From Octopus vulgaris (taxonomy: Eukaryota): 64,000 bases of DNA. Position numbers and translations under genes: made by a program. How positions within the stretch are numbered: position 1 is the stretch's first letter; each line of letters begins with the position of its first letter. Below are positions 36,280-49,627 of this stretch, piece after piece. The stretch spans positions 9,362,001 through 9,426,000 of the forward strand of contig OX597816.1 of the NCBI GenBank assembly GCA_951406725.2, read 5' to 3'. The notes below the pieces were generated by a model, which did not search any database, was not told the DNA's origin, and saw nothing but the letters and a program-made list of their open reading frames with translations.

Positions 36280-36686
36280 TATGTGCGTTGTTTTCCTACA
36301 TAGATAAAGCTATCATCATTATCTTATTATTTAATGCCTTGCTCCACTCCAACCACAGATTATTCTCTTGCTTGATAGAAAGTCCCCGTGGCCTTCCATT
36401 GTCTAAACCATCAAGTCTTGATATCAGGTGGCTTGACAAAGAAGACGTCAAGAATTCTTTTCTAAAAGGATGGCAACAACAACGTTTATAATTAATAAAC
36501 TAATAAACAGAAACAGATGGTCAATGCATTTTAAATGAGATAATTACTTGATAATTGCTGTTGTTGTTGTTAGTATTGCTGATGCTGAAAGAGTGGAAAG
36601 TAAAAAGTGAGAATGATATAAATTTATGTATGCATGTAGGTGTATGCATGTAGGTGTATGTGTGTATGTGTGTGTGTATAACTTCT

Positions 36687-37528
36687 ATTCTTTTGAGGTC
36701 GATAAAATGAATACCAGTCAAGTACTGGGATCAATGTAATCAATTTGCTTCACTCTTCAATAACTGCTGGCCCTGTGCCAAATTTGAAACCATTATTATT
36801 GGAGTAGCAATAGCATGTCATTGATGAGGTCATGAATGGTACCAAAAGGACTCTGACAAACTTAATAGCGTTAACAGTAATATTGAATATAATTAGTAAC
36901 ATGTGTTTTTGTATTTGGTTTGCAAGTCTCTTGATGTAAAATTGTGTTGAAAGAGATTTTGTTGTATCTTCGGAGGGTCGTTATCCTAATAAAACCATAT
37001 GCACTGGTTCTATTTCACTTCTCTGTTATTAGTTAACTAGAAGGCAATGAGCTGGAAAAATCATTAACATGCTAGACAAAGTGCTTTGCGGAATTTTGCC
37101 CAAATTTGTGGAATTTTGCCTAAATTTATGTTCTGAGTTCAAATGCATCTAGGGTCAACTTTGCCTTTCATTTTTTTTAGATCAATGAAATAAGTACTAG
37201 TTGTGCACTGGGGTCAATGTAATCAACTGGTCCCATCCCACAAAATTTCAAGCCCTTTGCCTAAGTAGAAAGGATTATTAGTCAAATTGTTAATTATTTA
37301 ATCAATTAACTAAATGATTGTTTAATTAGTTGTTTGGGAAATCAATGAGTTAATTTTGTCAGAGTCCTTTTGGTACCATTTGTAACCTCATCAATGACAT
37401 GCTATTGCTACTCCAATAATAATGGTTTCAAATTTGGCACAGGGCCAGCAGTTATTGAAGAGTGAAGCAAATTGATTACATTGATCCCAGTACTTGACTG
37501 GTATTCATTTTATCGACCTCAAAAGAAT
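36687..37528. repeat. Long inverted repeat with 174-bp arms (36687-36860 and 37355-37528)
   Basis: 3 mismatches by manual alignment; 494-bp spacer. Confidence 0.93.
37040..37280 (+). mobile_element. Meta-domain SINE
   Basis: GAGCTGGAAAAATCATTAACATGC..TTCTGAGTTCAAATG..GCCTTTCAT..AAATAAGTAC. Confidence 0.75.
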
Positions 37529-37625
37529 GAAAGGCAAAGGTGACATTGGTGGGATTTGAGCTCAGAATGTAAAGACCAAACAAATGCCACTAAGCATTTT
37601 GTTCAGCATATTTATGGTCCTGCCA
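37415..37625 (-). mobile_element. Meta-domain SINE, partly within the inverted-repeat arm
   Basis: TTTTATCGACCTCAAAAGAATGAAAGGCAAAGG..TTTGAGCTCAGAA. Confidence 0.75.
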
Positions 37626-38679
37626 CTAACAGTAATAAAAGAAGTGAAACAGAACCAATGCATGTGTTTCTTATTGACATAATGATTCCCCAAAGATACA
37701 CTGTTGATTGTTGAATTCTTCTATTGATCAACTTTCACACTACCCTGCTATTTTCATTATGTTGTTGTTGATGATGATGATGATCATGATCATGATGATG
37801 ATCATGATGAGGAGGAGGAAAATGAGGATGACAGCTGTGTGGATTCAGTGTGATTGTGTGTGGGTGTGCTGAAATTACTGATTTTTCTCAGTATTGAACG
37901 TGTAGGCAGGCGGTGTGCTGTAGACGGTAAACTTATTATCAATGGTGAAACGTGAGGATTCTTAACGCAGATCCTTTGTGAGAAACATTGAGGAAGCCAT
38001 GAATTTGACAAGTGTTTTTGATAATGGAAACGTATCCTCAGCATCTGAAGTTGAGTTGCTGCAGTTAAGATAAGTGCTTGAGAACATTTTGGATGAGTGG
38101 GAAACAAGCAATAGAGATAAATGTTTTAATGATGGAACAGAAGGAAGAAGGTAGAGAAAAGAAAAAGGGAGGGAAGAAAACCACATTAGGAAAGTTACTA
38201 GAGTTTGAAGGTTAGTGAAGGCCTACAGTAACAAAAACAGATTTGATTCATTATTAGCAAGGGTAATTGCTTAATTTTGGCAATAATGTTTGTTAATTAC
38301 CCCACTACTATGTCCTCTTTCAAATGCAAATGTAAAAACTGATGTGTTGTTATTTTTCAAATGTGAGAAAGAATATATAAAAAAAGGACACTACAAATGA
38401 ATTAACCATTGCAAAGGATCTATGAATTGTATTGGAAATAATAATAACAAAAGCATTTTAACTGGCATACAGTGATATCAAGCAGAGATTAATGCCTTAG
38501 GCAGGGCTCTTTACTACTTTTAAAAGTACACATCTAAGATATTAAAAATATGGCTCAGTTCAGAGCAACAAAACTCAATATGTTAGGCCAAATAATCTCT
38601 AATGATTGTCAAGGCAGACCACATGCATTTTACACTGTCACTTAATAATACTTAAACTGTGGACAGCTGCTAATAATTA

Positions 38680-38886
38680 CCTGGCACCAGTGCAGGTGGC
38701 ACGTAAAAAGCACCCACTACACTCACAGAGTGGTTGGCGTTAGGAAGGGCATCCAGCTGTAGAAACATTGCCAGATAAGACCGGAGCCTGGTGCAGCCTT
38801 CTGGCTTCCCAGATCCCCGGTCGAACCGTCCAACCCATGCTAGCATGGAGAACGGACGTTAAACGATGATGATGATGATGATGATG
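38680..38886 (+). mobile_element. RTE 3'-end element (one module plus terminal segment)
   Basis: GTGCAGGTGGCACGTAAAAAGCACCCACTACAC..(GAT)n. Confidence 0.88.
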
Positions 38887-39161
38887 TTATGACCTTTAAA
38901 AGCCTGTTATGCACTGTTATGACCTAGAATATTGCCCCCAAATATAAGGGATAATATATCCTCCCATGGATCGCCATGATAGATTGCTAGCCACTACACA
39001 TTCTTTATTTTCTCTCCTTGTTTCTTTCTGTGTTCCTTTCTGTGGAAGAGCATAAGGTCGAAATGTTAAAGACTTTTTCTATTCCTGAGCGTTATACTAA
39101 TACATCTGTTTGTAGTCTACACCACCTGTCTTTGTCTTTTGTTTTTTTTTGTGAATTCTCC

Positions 39162-39205
<44 letters not shown>

Positions 39206-39419
39206 CAATTCCTCTTTGACATAGTATTCAAGAGTATTGAAAAACCTGCTTCAGAATGCACACATGAATAGGACACTTGAAGACAACTGCTGCAGAAAAG
39301 ACACTTGAAGACAACATGTTGCAGAAAACAGAAGCACTGTAGACATATATTATAATAGATCAGATATCTCAAACTACTTCAAAATAGAAATGGTTTTCAA
39401 TAGTTGGCAATATTCTTTT

Positions 39420-39920
39420 ATTCTTTTACTTGTTTCAGTCATTAGACTGTGGCCATCGTGGGGCACTTCCTTCAAGAATTTTAGTCAAATGAATCGACCC
39501 CAGCACCTTTTTTTAAGCAAGGTTTTTTTATGCCAAACCACTAAGTCACAGGAATGTAAACACACCAACACCAGTTGTCAAGTACACACACACACACAGA
39601 CACACACACACACACACGTGTAATGAGTGGTTGGTGTTAGGAAGGGCATCCAGCTGTAGAAACTCAGCCAGATCAAGATTGGAGCCTGGTGCAGCCATCT
39701 GGTTTGCCAGCCCTCAGTCAAAATTGTCCAACCCATGCTTGCATGGAAAGCGGACGTTAAACGATGATGATGATGATGATGATGATATATATATATATAT
39801 ATATATACATACACACACACAATGGATTTCTTTCAGTTTCCATCTCTCAAATCCATCCACAATGCTTTGCTTGGCCCAATGTTATTGTAGAAAACACTTG
39901 CCCAAGGTGCCACACAGCAG
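39420..39920 (-). mobile_element. CORE-like SINE interrupted by a plus-strand RTE 3'-end element (39625-39785)
   Basis: SINE halves flank GAGTGGTTGGTGTTAGGAAGGGCATCC..(GAT)n. Confidence 0.75.
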
Positions 39921-41894
39921 AATTATATTTAAGCTTATAACTTCTTCATTAATTTTTTTGCAATTCATTGCAAGTAAAGATGTATGGGATGAAGTATTAA
40001 AATGGAAGATTACATAGCAGAGAAAATGTGCTAAAACTCATTCCAATTACACGTAATTAAGCCTTTAGGGCACATATTCCTTACAGCATAGAGATGTTAG
40101 TATTCTGTGGTTATGTCAAATATATTCACCCCCTAATCCTTTTGCATCCATGGAATACATTGGGCTTTGATCAATTTTCACCACACACACCAATCTTATG
40201 CTATCCTCTTAAGTCATTTTAAGGTTCTTCATCAACCTCTTATTGCATTGTCCTCAGTCATGTTTCTTGTAATTTTCCACTTCCATCCAACTGGCTACAC
40301 AGCAAACAAGATAAATGAAATATCATGCTTATGTTTAAACAAGGGCTACTTATCAGAAACATTATACGGGTTTTTTACAGTAACATTCAAGGAAAAGTTG
40401 GGCTTTAGTAGAATCCCAGACCAGTGAAATATACAAGGTTTGCATTCAAGGAAGATCAGCAACTGGAGATTGAATTATTAACTGAGAATAGGTAGTAATG
40501 AGACCAGTGAACTATGAGGAGTAGAAGTCACTTTGAAAGAAAAAGGCAGAGAAGATAGACATGTCTATGCGTTAGAAGCTGGAGTGTCTGTGAATGATTT
40601 TATTCCAATAAGTCAAATGGCATTTTCTAGATGTAGTGTGTGTGCGTGTGTGTGCGTGTGTGTGTGTGTGCATGTGTCTAATAACAACAGTATTGCCCTA
40701 AATATGAGAGTAGAACTCTAATCTGTGTCTCACCAGGGCTTTGTGAGGATTTATTAATCATTGAGGTGGAGCTGAGTATTTTCTGGTTAAGACAAAAATC
40801 GTAGCTGATTTAGCTTCATATGCAAATGAAAGGGATCAAAACAATGTGGTAGATATTTGTTCCACACATACACACATACACCCCCATACACACAATCACT
40901 AATATAGACACATGCAAAATAAAGAGCAGGGTTAATAGTTGGATCAATGAATACAACAATAATCTAACATATTGATCTCACTTGTTGGCCACTTCGTTTT
41001 TATCTGATCACTTACCTTAATGGTAGTTCAGGTAATTTTCTTGAATTATTAATTGTAATGTTTTAAAAATGCATACAAAGAATATCACCTCTGTGTGTGT
41101 GTGTGTGTTGTGTGTTGTGTGTGTGTGTGTGTTGTGTGTGTGAGTGATAGGGTGCAGAGAGAATGGAGAAGAAAACAGGGTATGGTATAGAAAACAATAT
41201 AGTATCATTAAAAAGAAAACAAAGCATGTATGGTTATGTGTGCATGTATTTGCATGTAGGAGTTTATTGTGTTGGAAATTAGTAATTAGTATACAAGAGT
41301 AAGTTCAGCTTTCATGGGTAAAGACTATGGTTTACACATGCATGAGAGTATATGGCTATCACAGCTACATGTATATGAGAGAGTGCATGGCTATTACAGC
41401 CAAGTGTATGCAGACATTGTGATATAGTGAATAAAGTGTTGTGATAGTATTTACATTAGTGCATGCCTAGATTTATGTTAGAATCTGCATGTGAAGAGAT
41501 GAATGTTGTGTATGTTACAGACAATAAATTTCAGGGGAAAGGAAGAGCCTAGACAGCTAACACCTACCACTAAATCAGTAGGTGGAGTGAGAAACAGCTT
41601 TATAGTAAGCTTTCTCTTTCTTGTTTCACTTTCAATTGGCTATAAAATGATAATATGAGTTGAATCAAAGGATTTACAAGATAATTGGTCATAATTAGTA
41701 AGTCCATAGTGGAATAATTTAAGAGACTGAACTAATAGATTTCCAATCTCATTATATTAATTCAAATGCATTGCATGTAATCTAAATAAGAGATTTTTTC
41801 TTCCATATCCTCTGACACTGGTTGCAGGGATCTATAAAGTTTTGCATATTTTAAATGTGCATGGTGTATATGTGCATATAATTTAGACACACAC

Positions 41895-42452
41895 AGGAAT
41901 CATGGCTGTTAGTTCAGTCGTGAGTTCGAATTCCGCCGAGGTCGACTTTGCCTTTCATCCTTTCGGGGTCGATAAATTAAGTACCAGTTACGCACTGGGG
42001 TCGATATAATCGACTTAATACCTATGTCTGTCCTTGTTTGTCCCCTCTGTGTTTAGCCCCTTGTGGGTAATAAAGAAATAGGTATTGCAGTGGGAAAGGG
42101 TCTTCTATAAAAATCCTGGTCAACTAAAACCTTGTGAGTGGATTTGGCAGGCAGACACTCAAAGAAGTCCATTATACATACACACATACATACAAACATA
42201 CATACATGTATGTGTGCTTGTCCTTGTCATCACGTGATAATTACAAGTGAGTGTCACTGTTAGTCAGTGTCAGTTATTTCCAGTCTTCTGTGAAAATATG
42301 TCCGGAGGATGGGGGAAATATTACCCTGTTTGGGAACAGGTGAGTATTGCAACAAGGTGAGTATCCGGCCATAGAAATCTGCCCCAACAAATTCTATTTG
42401 ATCCATGCAATCATGGAAGAGTGGATGTTAAAATGATTATGATGATGATGAT
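41895..42452 (+). mobile_element. CORE-like-headed, RTE-tailed SINE with a nested young Meta-domain SINE (41920-42086)
   Basis: Nested part matches 9130-9297; host continues CTTGTGAGTGGATTTGG..CATGGAAGAGTGGATGTTAAAATGAT. Confidence 0.75.
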
Positions 42453-42575
42453 GTTTAATGTACTGGTGTGTATCACATGTATAGTGTATGTAGAAATGTG
42501 AAATAGCACCAGCTGTATTATTTCATCTCAGAGAAACTTCTCAAAGAAGTTAAGAGACATAAGGCCTTTCTCAGG

Positions 42576-42624
42576 ATGCCTGTTTCAACCTAACTTGGTC
42601 TCATCAGTGATGTATACATCAGAT
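42576..42624 (-). ncRNA. Hammerhead-ribozyme-like motif, type III topology, helix III disrupted
   Basis: Minus strand: AUC | UGAUG-UAUA-CAUCA CUGAUGA GACC-AAGUUA-GGUU GAAA CAGGCAU. Confidence 0.55.
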
Positions 42625-43763
42625 ATATGTGTGTTTATTTCTTCATAGATTCTTTAAAATCTACTTGCTGTTAGTCAGTAGCTTTCTCTTGACTAGTTTT
42701 ATGGCATAGACAGATAAGTTAGTCAAGGAAGATTTAGTTGTATGCTATTGTAGAAGCTGCCTTGCCAGCTTGCATCATAATCCTTTATAGAATGCTAGCA
42801 GACCATATATAAGTTTCTATTTAAATGGGTATTATATATGACACATTTCAAATATTTCATTGTTTATTGTGTTTCAGCAGTATGTTCATTGATTTTAGTG
42901 AAGCTGTATACATTATCAATGTCGGCAAATTTTAGAAATGTTAGAAGTAACATTAATTATAAATTTTAAGAGAAAAACGTTAGCTTATAGAATTAGCTCA
43001 GAGAATACAGCACATTAATATGATAAGCAATATTCCTGCAAATATAGACTAATATAAATATTTTATAATAACTTACTAGAAAATGTGTTGGATTTATGTC
43101 AGCTACCACTAAATGATGTTGTTGTGTAAAATTTATCCTCCAAATCTATTTTTTTATAATTTAATATTGAAAAGACTACCTGACATAACTGAGTTTTCCA
43201 GTTTCTCATTGCAGCCAATCAAATGAATGTAAATTTATTTTTTTCATTTATTTCCTGCGTATTAATATGATTTTGTATATTATGTTATAAGTATTTGTTT
43301 CATAATTTCAACTGCTAGCTAACTTTTTTCTTCTGGTATTAATGCAAAGAAAAGAATTATATACTTTGCATTTATTAGAATTTATCTAAATTAATCTTTT
43401 ACTTTCACTGTCTATTTCTAGATAAAACATCAAGATCATGATCATGATCATCATCATCATAATCAGTATTCTCTTCCTCCTCATCATCAACATTATTATT
43501 TTTATTTTTATGTTTTTCATACTGGCAGGGGTCGAACAAGTCTGTTTTAGTTCAGTTCAATGTCTCACAACTTGTCACATTTTTTCATCATCTCCTTTGA
43601 TATATCCAATATCCTGAGAACAAACTTTACTACTTCTGCCTCCTATCTTCTTTGGCCTTCCTCAACTTCTATTTTCTTGCCTCAAATAATTTTCACCTTA
43701 ACTACCATTCTTCATATGTATCTATGTATCACATGCTCATTCCAATGTAGTCTTCTTTTGTTC

Positions 43764-44026
43764 TTTAGAGAAGTCTACAGAAAAAATATAGTGGAGTTGC
43801 AGTGGGGAGTGAGAAATCCAACAGTACAGACAATCCTTTTAACAGGAGGAAGTTGGGAGTGGAAAAATTAAAGGAATTGGCTGTAGATACAAAGAATATA
43901 AAACTCTGCTGTTTTTCTTTAATTTCCCTTTTGTCAACTTTTCTCTGAAGAAACACTCAGTCCATAACGTTGGATTTTGCACTCCCAACAGTAATTTCCA
44001 TATTCTTTTTGTTGATTTTTCAAAAT
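43764..44026. repeat. Old degenerate fold-back (MITE-like) element
   Basis: TGGAGTTGCAGTGGGGAGTGAGAAATCCAAC pairs imperfectly with GTTGGATTTTGCACTCCCAACAGTAATTTCCA. Confidence 0.55.
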
Positions 44027-44860
44027 ATTACAAGTCTTACCAATAAAGACCACCACCACCACTCTCTTTGGATTCTGTCTTCTCTTTTTTCGCACACTAC
44101 AACAGATATCTTTAATGTCTAGATTTTCTCTTAGAATTCCTGAGCTTTATTATTTACACACACTCAGTAGACATGGTTGCTCTTTTCCATTTGGCCTTTG
44201 CACATTTCTATCTAGAATTCTCATCAAATCATTGGGGGTAGGAGAGGGTTTAATTAAAAATTTAAATCTAATTCTGTGTTTAATGTTATGAGATCTATTT
44301 CTTACTTGTTTCAGTCAGTAAACTGCAGCCATGCTGGGGCACTGCCTTGAAGAATATCTTAGTGAAATAACTCAACCCTAGTACTTAATTTTTTTTAAAG
44401 CTTGTTACTTATTCTACAGGTCTCTTTTTGTCAAACCACTAAGTTACAGAGATAAATGTAATAATGTACAAGTTATTGTTTAACCATGATCTATGATCAA
44501 ACATGTTTCAGCCATGATTAATCCTGCTTTTTAATCATAGGCAGTGCATATCTCTAGGACTAAAATATTAGTTAATGTGTTCTTTAGTCCTTAATGCTGT
44601 AGTGTATGAGTTGAGAAAGATGCAGCTTCTAATTCTAGTAGGTTGAGCCACCATACAGAAGCTCTCCTTGCTACCTCTCACGAATAGACAAACTAATCTA
44701 TGCCAATGGAATCAAAGCCCATTGGGATACCTATGGTTTTTTTTTCCAAAGGATTAAATTTTCAATATCAACATAACTAAGCATGGAAAAGTGGATATTA
44801 AAGTGATGACAATGTTGAGAATGATAATTTATTGATACCTTTAGTGAATATTTTAGTGAA

Positions 44861-45273
44861 TAGGCGCAGAAGTGGTTGTGTGGTAAGTAGCTTGTTTACC
44901 AACCACATGGTTCCGGGTTCAGTCCCACTGTGTGGCACCTTGGGCAAGTGTTTTCTACTATAGCCTCGGGCCAACCAAAGCCTTATGAGTGGGTTTGGTA
45001 GATGGAAACTGAAAGAAGCCTGTCGTATATATGTATATATATATGCGTGTGTGTGTTTGTGTGTCTGTGTTTGTCCCCCTAGCATTGCTTGACAACCGAT
45101 GCTGGTGTGTTTATGTCCCCGTTACTTAGCGGTTCGGCAAAAGAAACCGATAGAATAAGTACTGGGCTTACAAAAGAATAAGTCCCAGGGTCGAGTTGCT
45201 CGATTAAAGACGGTGATCCAGCATAGCCGCAGTCAAATGACTGAAACAAGTAAAAGAGTAAAGAGTAAAGAGT
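44861..45273 (+). mobile_element. Young full-length CORE-like SINE
   Basis: GGCGCAGAAGTGGTTGTGTGGTAAG head; tail CTGAAACAAGTAAAAGAGTAAAGAGTAAAGAG. Confidence 0.9.
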
Positions 45274-46190
45274 ATTCAATCTTACAATTTCTACCCTAAT
45301 ATGCAATTCTGCTTACAGTGCCCTCTCTCTCTATATATATATTTTTAGTAGTCAGAAATTGTAGAAGTTCATGATGTGTGTATGGGTGAAAATGTGGGTA
45401 GGTGTTTTGCAATCTTAACATATTAGTTTCCCAATAGTATAGGTTTAGGTTTAATCACACTGTGTATCTTCTACTTTGCCCTCAGACTGAGTAGATTTGG
45501 TAGATGGAAAATGAAAGAAGCCCATCCTCTGTGCGTGTGTGTGCATATGTGTACATATATGTTTGAAGAAAGATTTTCTTAAATTAAAAATTATTGATTA
45601 TATAAAAAATATCTTGTGTGAGCATTGCTGTGTGATCAGGAAGCTTGATTCCCAGCCATACAGTTTTGGGTTCAGTCCCATTGCATGGCACGTTGGGCAA
45701 GTGTCTTCTGTAGCTTTGTGACAGAATTTGGTAGATGGAAGTTCCTGCTGTGTGTGTACATGTGTGTGTAAGTGCTTGTGCTTCCTAACAGAGAGTTGGG
45801 ACGATGATCTTTAAAATAAGAATGACACATATCTTTTGGAAAGGAGTTTTTATATTGTGTAAGTGCTTTTGCTGCTTACAGCTTTTCAAATACACATGTT
45901 ACAAGGTAATCTGTATAGAGGAATTTGTTTTAATTGTGGTATCAACGATTTCCAGTTTAGTTTCATATTTAGAATTCTTATAAAGTTTTCTTCTTGTAGC
46001 AGAACATTTTCTTCCTGTATTTCTCAAAGAACTGTTCCTTGAAATGAACATCTAGCCATTTTTGCAAATGGAAAATTCAAAATTTTCCTTTTTGTCAAAA
46101 TAAATGTGATGCCTCAGCATGGTCACACTCAACTTGAACCAGTTAAAAGATTGTAGAATGCATTGTTATATGTGTGTGTGTAATATACAT

Positions 46191-46244
<54 letters not shown>

Positions 46245-47367
46245 ACGCACACACACACAAACACACACACACAGACACACACAAATTTCTTTTTAATGTG
46301 AGGTCTTTGTTTAGCTTTTCAATAAATTTATTATGCTATATCTTAAATGTCTAAGTGCTGAAATCAAAAGTCGATATATTTTCAACTCTCTTCGTCCCAT
46401 TTAATTTTATATACCATTGACTACTGTTTTGCTATTGTCTATTACAAAAACAAAGAAAAACCAAAAAAAAAAACAAAAAAAAATAAATAAAAAGAAATCA
46501 GAAACGAAACAAAAAACAACAGCTATTGTAATTTATATAATATTAGCTTTTAATACGAAAATTCTATTGTGATATATTATTTTAAATACTGCAGATACTG
46601 GCATGGTTATTTTCTTCATGTTACACTCTTTCTGTGCAACAATAAATCAATGTTTAATAGGTTTAATATGCAATTTGGCTATCTGAAACATAATATGCAG
46701 TTTCATCTCTCTTTATCTCTAAACTTCTAATCTTTCTCGAAGTGCCATGTCTCTTTATATTATTTCCTGTCAATTTTTATCTACTTTCAGTCTGTGTGTT
46801 TTAAATAATTATCACTTATATTTCTAATATACTAATTTCACTGAGGATGACTTCGACATTATATCACTTTCTAACAACCCCTTTATTATTTGCTCCTATA
46901 TTTATAGGTACTAACCTCAGGTACTCATTTTCAAATTGCAATACAGATATGTTGCTTGTGTTCATTTTTAAAGAGTAATACATTCATTGTAAAATTGCTA
47001 TTCTATTATGTTACGCCCTTTCCTTTGTATGTATGTTGATGCTGTTACTATTGTTGTTTTAGCTGTCAAAATGATCGCCATCTTCATTGCTGTCATAAGT
47101 ATTGCTACCACACTACTACTAAAGCTTACACTGAAAGATACTCAATGTGGTATATCAACCCACTGGAAAGAAATAAATTCTCTTACGTCACACCCTACCA
47201 TCATCATTTTATAGTCTACTTTTCCATGCTTGCATGGGTCAGATGAGAGTATGGGATGCAGTTTTCTACAGCTGGATGCCTTTTCCATCACCAACTCTAA
47301 CTTGTTCGCAAGTGAAGTAATTATCCCTCAGTTTACCAAATAATAAATAGCCCAGATATGCTTAAAA

Positions 47368-47990
47368 TGATATACCACAGTCTGATATAACATGACATAC
47401 CACAGACAGTTTGATATAGAATGATATCCCATAGATACTTTAATATAACTTGATATCAACAGACAGTTTAATAGAATTGTTGATATAATATATAATCAGT
47501 TTATATAATATGGTATACAACAGAATAATAATATAATATACCACATACATTAATATTATGTGATATCTCATAGACAGTTTAATATAATGATATCTGACAG
47601 ACAATTTAATAGAACTGTTTATAAAATATATAAACAGTTTATATAATATATATTACAATTTAATATAACATGATATGCCATAGACAGTTTAAAATGATAT
47701 GATATACAACAGACAGTTTGATATTAATTGATATACTACAGACAGTTTGATATGACATGGTATACTAGAGTTCTACAGAGTATAACATACCACAAACAGT
47801 TAAATATGACATGATATACCACAGAAAGTTTGATATTATGTGATATACTACCAAAAAGTAGGCTATACCATGATATCCTGTAGACAGTTTAATATGACAT
47901 GATATATCACAGACAGCTTAATAAAACATGATATCCCATGAACAGTTTAATATGACATGATGACATACTAGTTAGAATCTGATATGACAT
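47368..47990. repeat. Degenerate ~29-bp minisatellite, about 20 copies
   Basis: Approximate consensus TGATATACCACAGACAGTTTAATATAACA. Confidence 0.85.
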
Positions 47991-48258
47991 AATGACAGGG
48001 TAACTACTGAAATGGTAACAAGAGATAAATGAGCAATCAGTTAATGTAACAGAAAAATAAGCAACTGAATGAATTGATGTCTCAGTGATTTTATACAAGA
48101 TTGAATGGCTGCAGTTTGTAATTGCAGCTGCACATCTGATGTTATTAGGTAGTAGATAGGTGTCTACCTACAACAGTGTTTACATTTCTATATATATATT
48201 TTTTCTCTCTCTCTCTCTCCCCTCTCTCTTCTCTCTCTCCTTCCTCTCTCCATATATG

Positions 48259-48292
<34 letters not shown>

Positions 48293-49584
48293 CGTACGTG
48301 TATATGTGAATATGTGTGTGCATGTTGTTTTCATACACATTTATAAGATACACATACATAGATGCATATAAATATACATTATACACATATACACATCGCT
48401 ACGAAAACACACACACACACAAAAATAACAACAGCACAGATATATGTTGAAATCCGTGTACAGTAGAAGCACATGCATGTACACATGTGCATGCATGCAT
48501 GTATGTGTTTGTGTCAGTTCAGTGGCAATGAGCAATAGCGATTCCAACATGTTGGAATCAATAAACGCACATCACCGTAAAAGACTGCTTCAGTTGCAGG
48601 AGATCCATACAGGTTGTGTTGTAGGGATAATTCAAAATGCTGTCGACATTATCTGATCACTGAATAGCAGAAGCTGGTGCAGATGGTTGAGACTGTATTG
48701 TAGTAATTAGATTTCCTTCGTTATGTAATTAGTTTCTGTATAATTCAGGGTCACCTTTTTTTTCATCGACAAATATAAATCTGTGAGTACAAAGTACAAA
48801 GATCTATTGACTGGGATTAGCAGAATGTGGCAATGGAAGTCACAAACAACCCCAGGTATGACTGGTATTTTTGGAGTCATAAAGAAAGGCATGTATGAGT
48901 TTCTTGTAAATATATCTGGTTAATCAACATTTATGGATTTCAAAAAAAATCTTAAATAAATTCATAAATTTTTAAATACTGAAAAAGTGATACTGAAAAT
49001 CTTTCTTTTATATATCTTTTTTACACTTTATGAGGTTTTTACCCTTCACTGTAAAAATATTTGTCAATCATACAGGTGCTTTCTTTTAATAGTAGACTGT
49101 TATATAGTGAAAGTCTCGTTAGTTACTATGATGAGAGTGTCTGTGGAGTGCTCAGCCACTTACACGTTAATTTCACGAGCAGGCTGTTCCGTTGAGCGGA
49201 TCAACCGGAACCCTCGTCGTCGTAACCGACAGAGTCCTTCCATTCCATTCCTTTCCATGATGAGAACAGTCTAACTATCTCTCTATCTTTTACACACACA
49301 CATACTCTCTCTCTCTCTCTCTCTCACACACATACTGTATTTCTCTCTCAACAACAACAACCTGTTAATATAGTGAAAGTTTATTTTAAACTGTCTGTTG
49401 CATTGTCTCTATGTTGAAAGATATTCAGAAATGACACACACACACACACACAAACAACCAAAAACACAACTATCTATATTGTTATATGATGAAAATCATT
49501 TTTTTTAGCTGTGTTGTGTTGACAGACTTGCACTTGAAATTCCACATTTTAAATCAAAACTTGTTAGTTACTATGGTGACAACA

Positions 49585-49627
49585 CTATCTCTCTCTCTCT
49601 CCCCCCTGTCTCTCTCTCTCCCCCTGT

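Noticed and set aside
39036-39072. Third hammerhead-like string (GGAAGA-GCATAAGGTC-GAAATGTT) in a possible Penelope-like terminus at ~38960-39165
   Set aside because: The core lacks CUG and helix II pairs poorly; too degenerate to call from this copy alone.
44861-44935. tRNA genes at SINE heads
   Set aside because: A/B boxes are present but there is no full cloverleaf, and they continue into SINE bodies.
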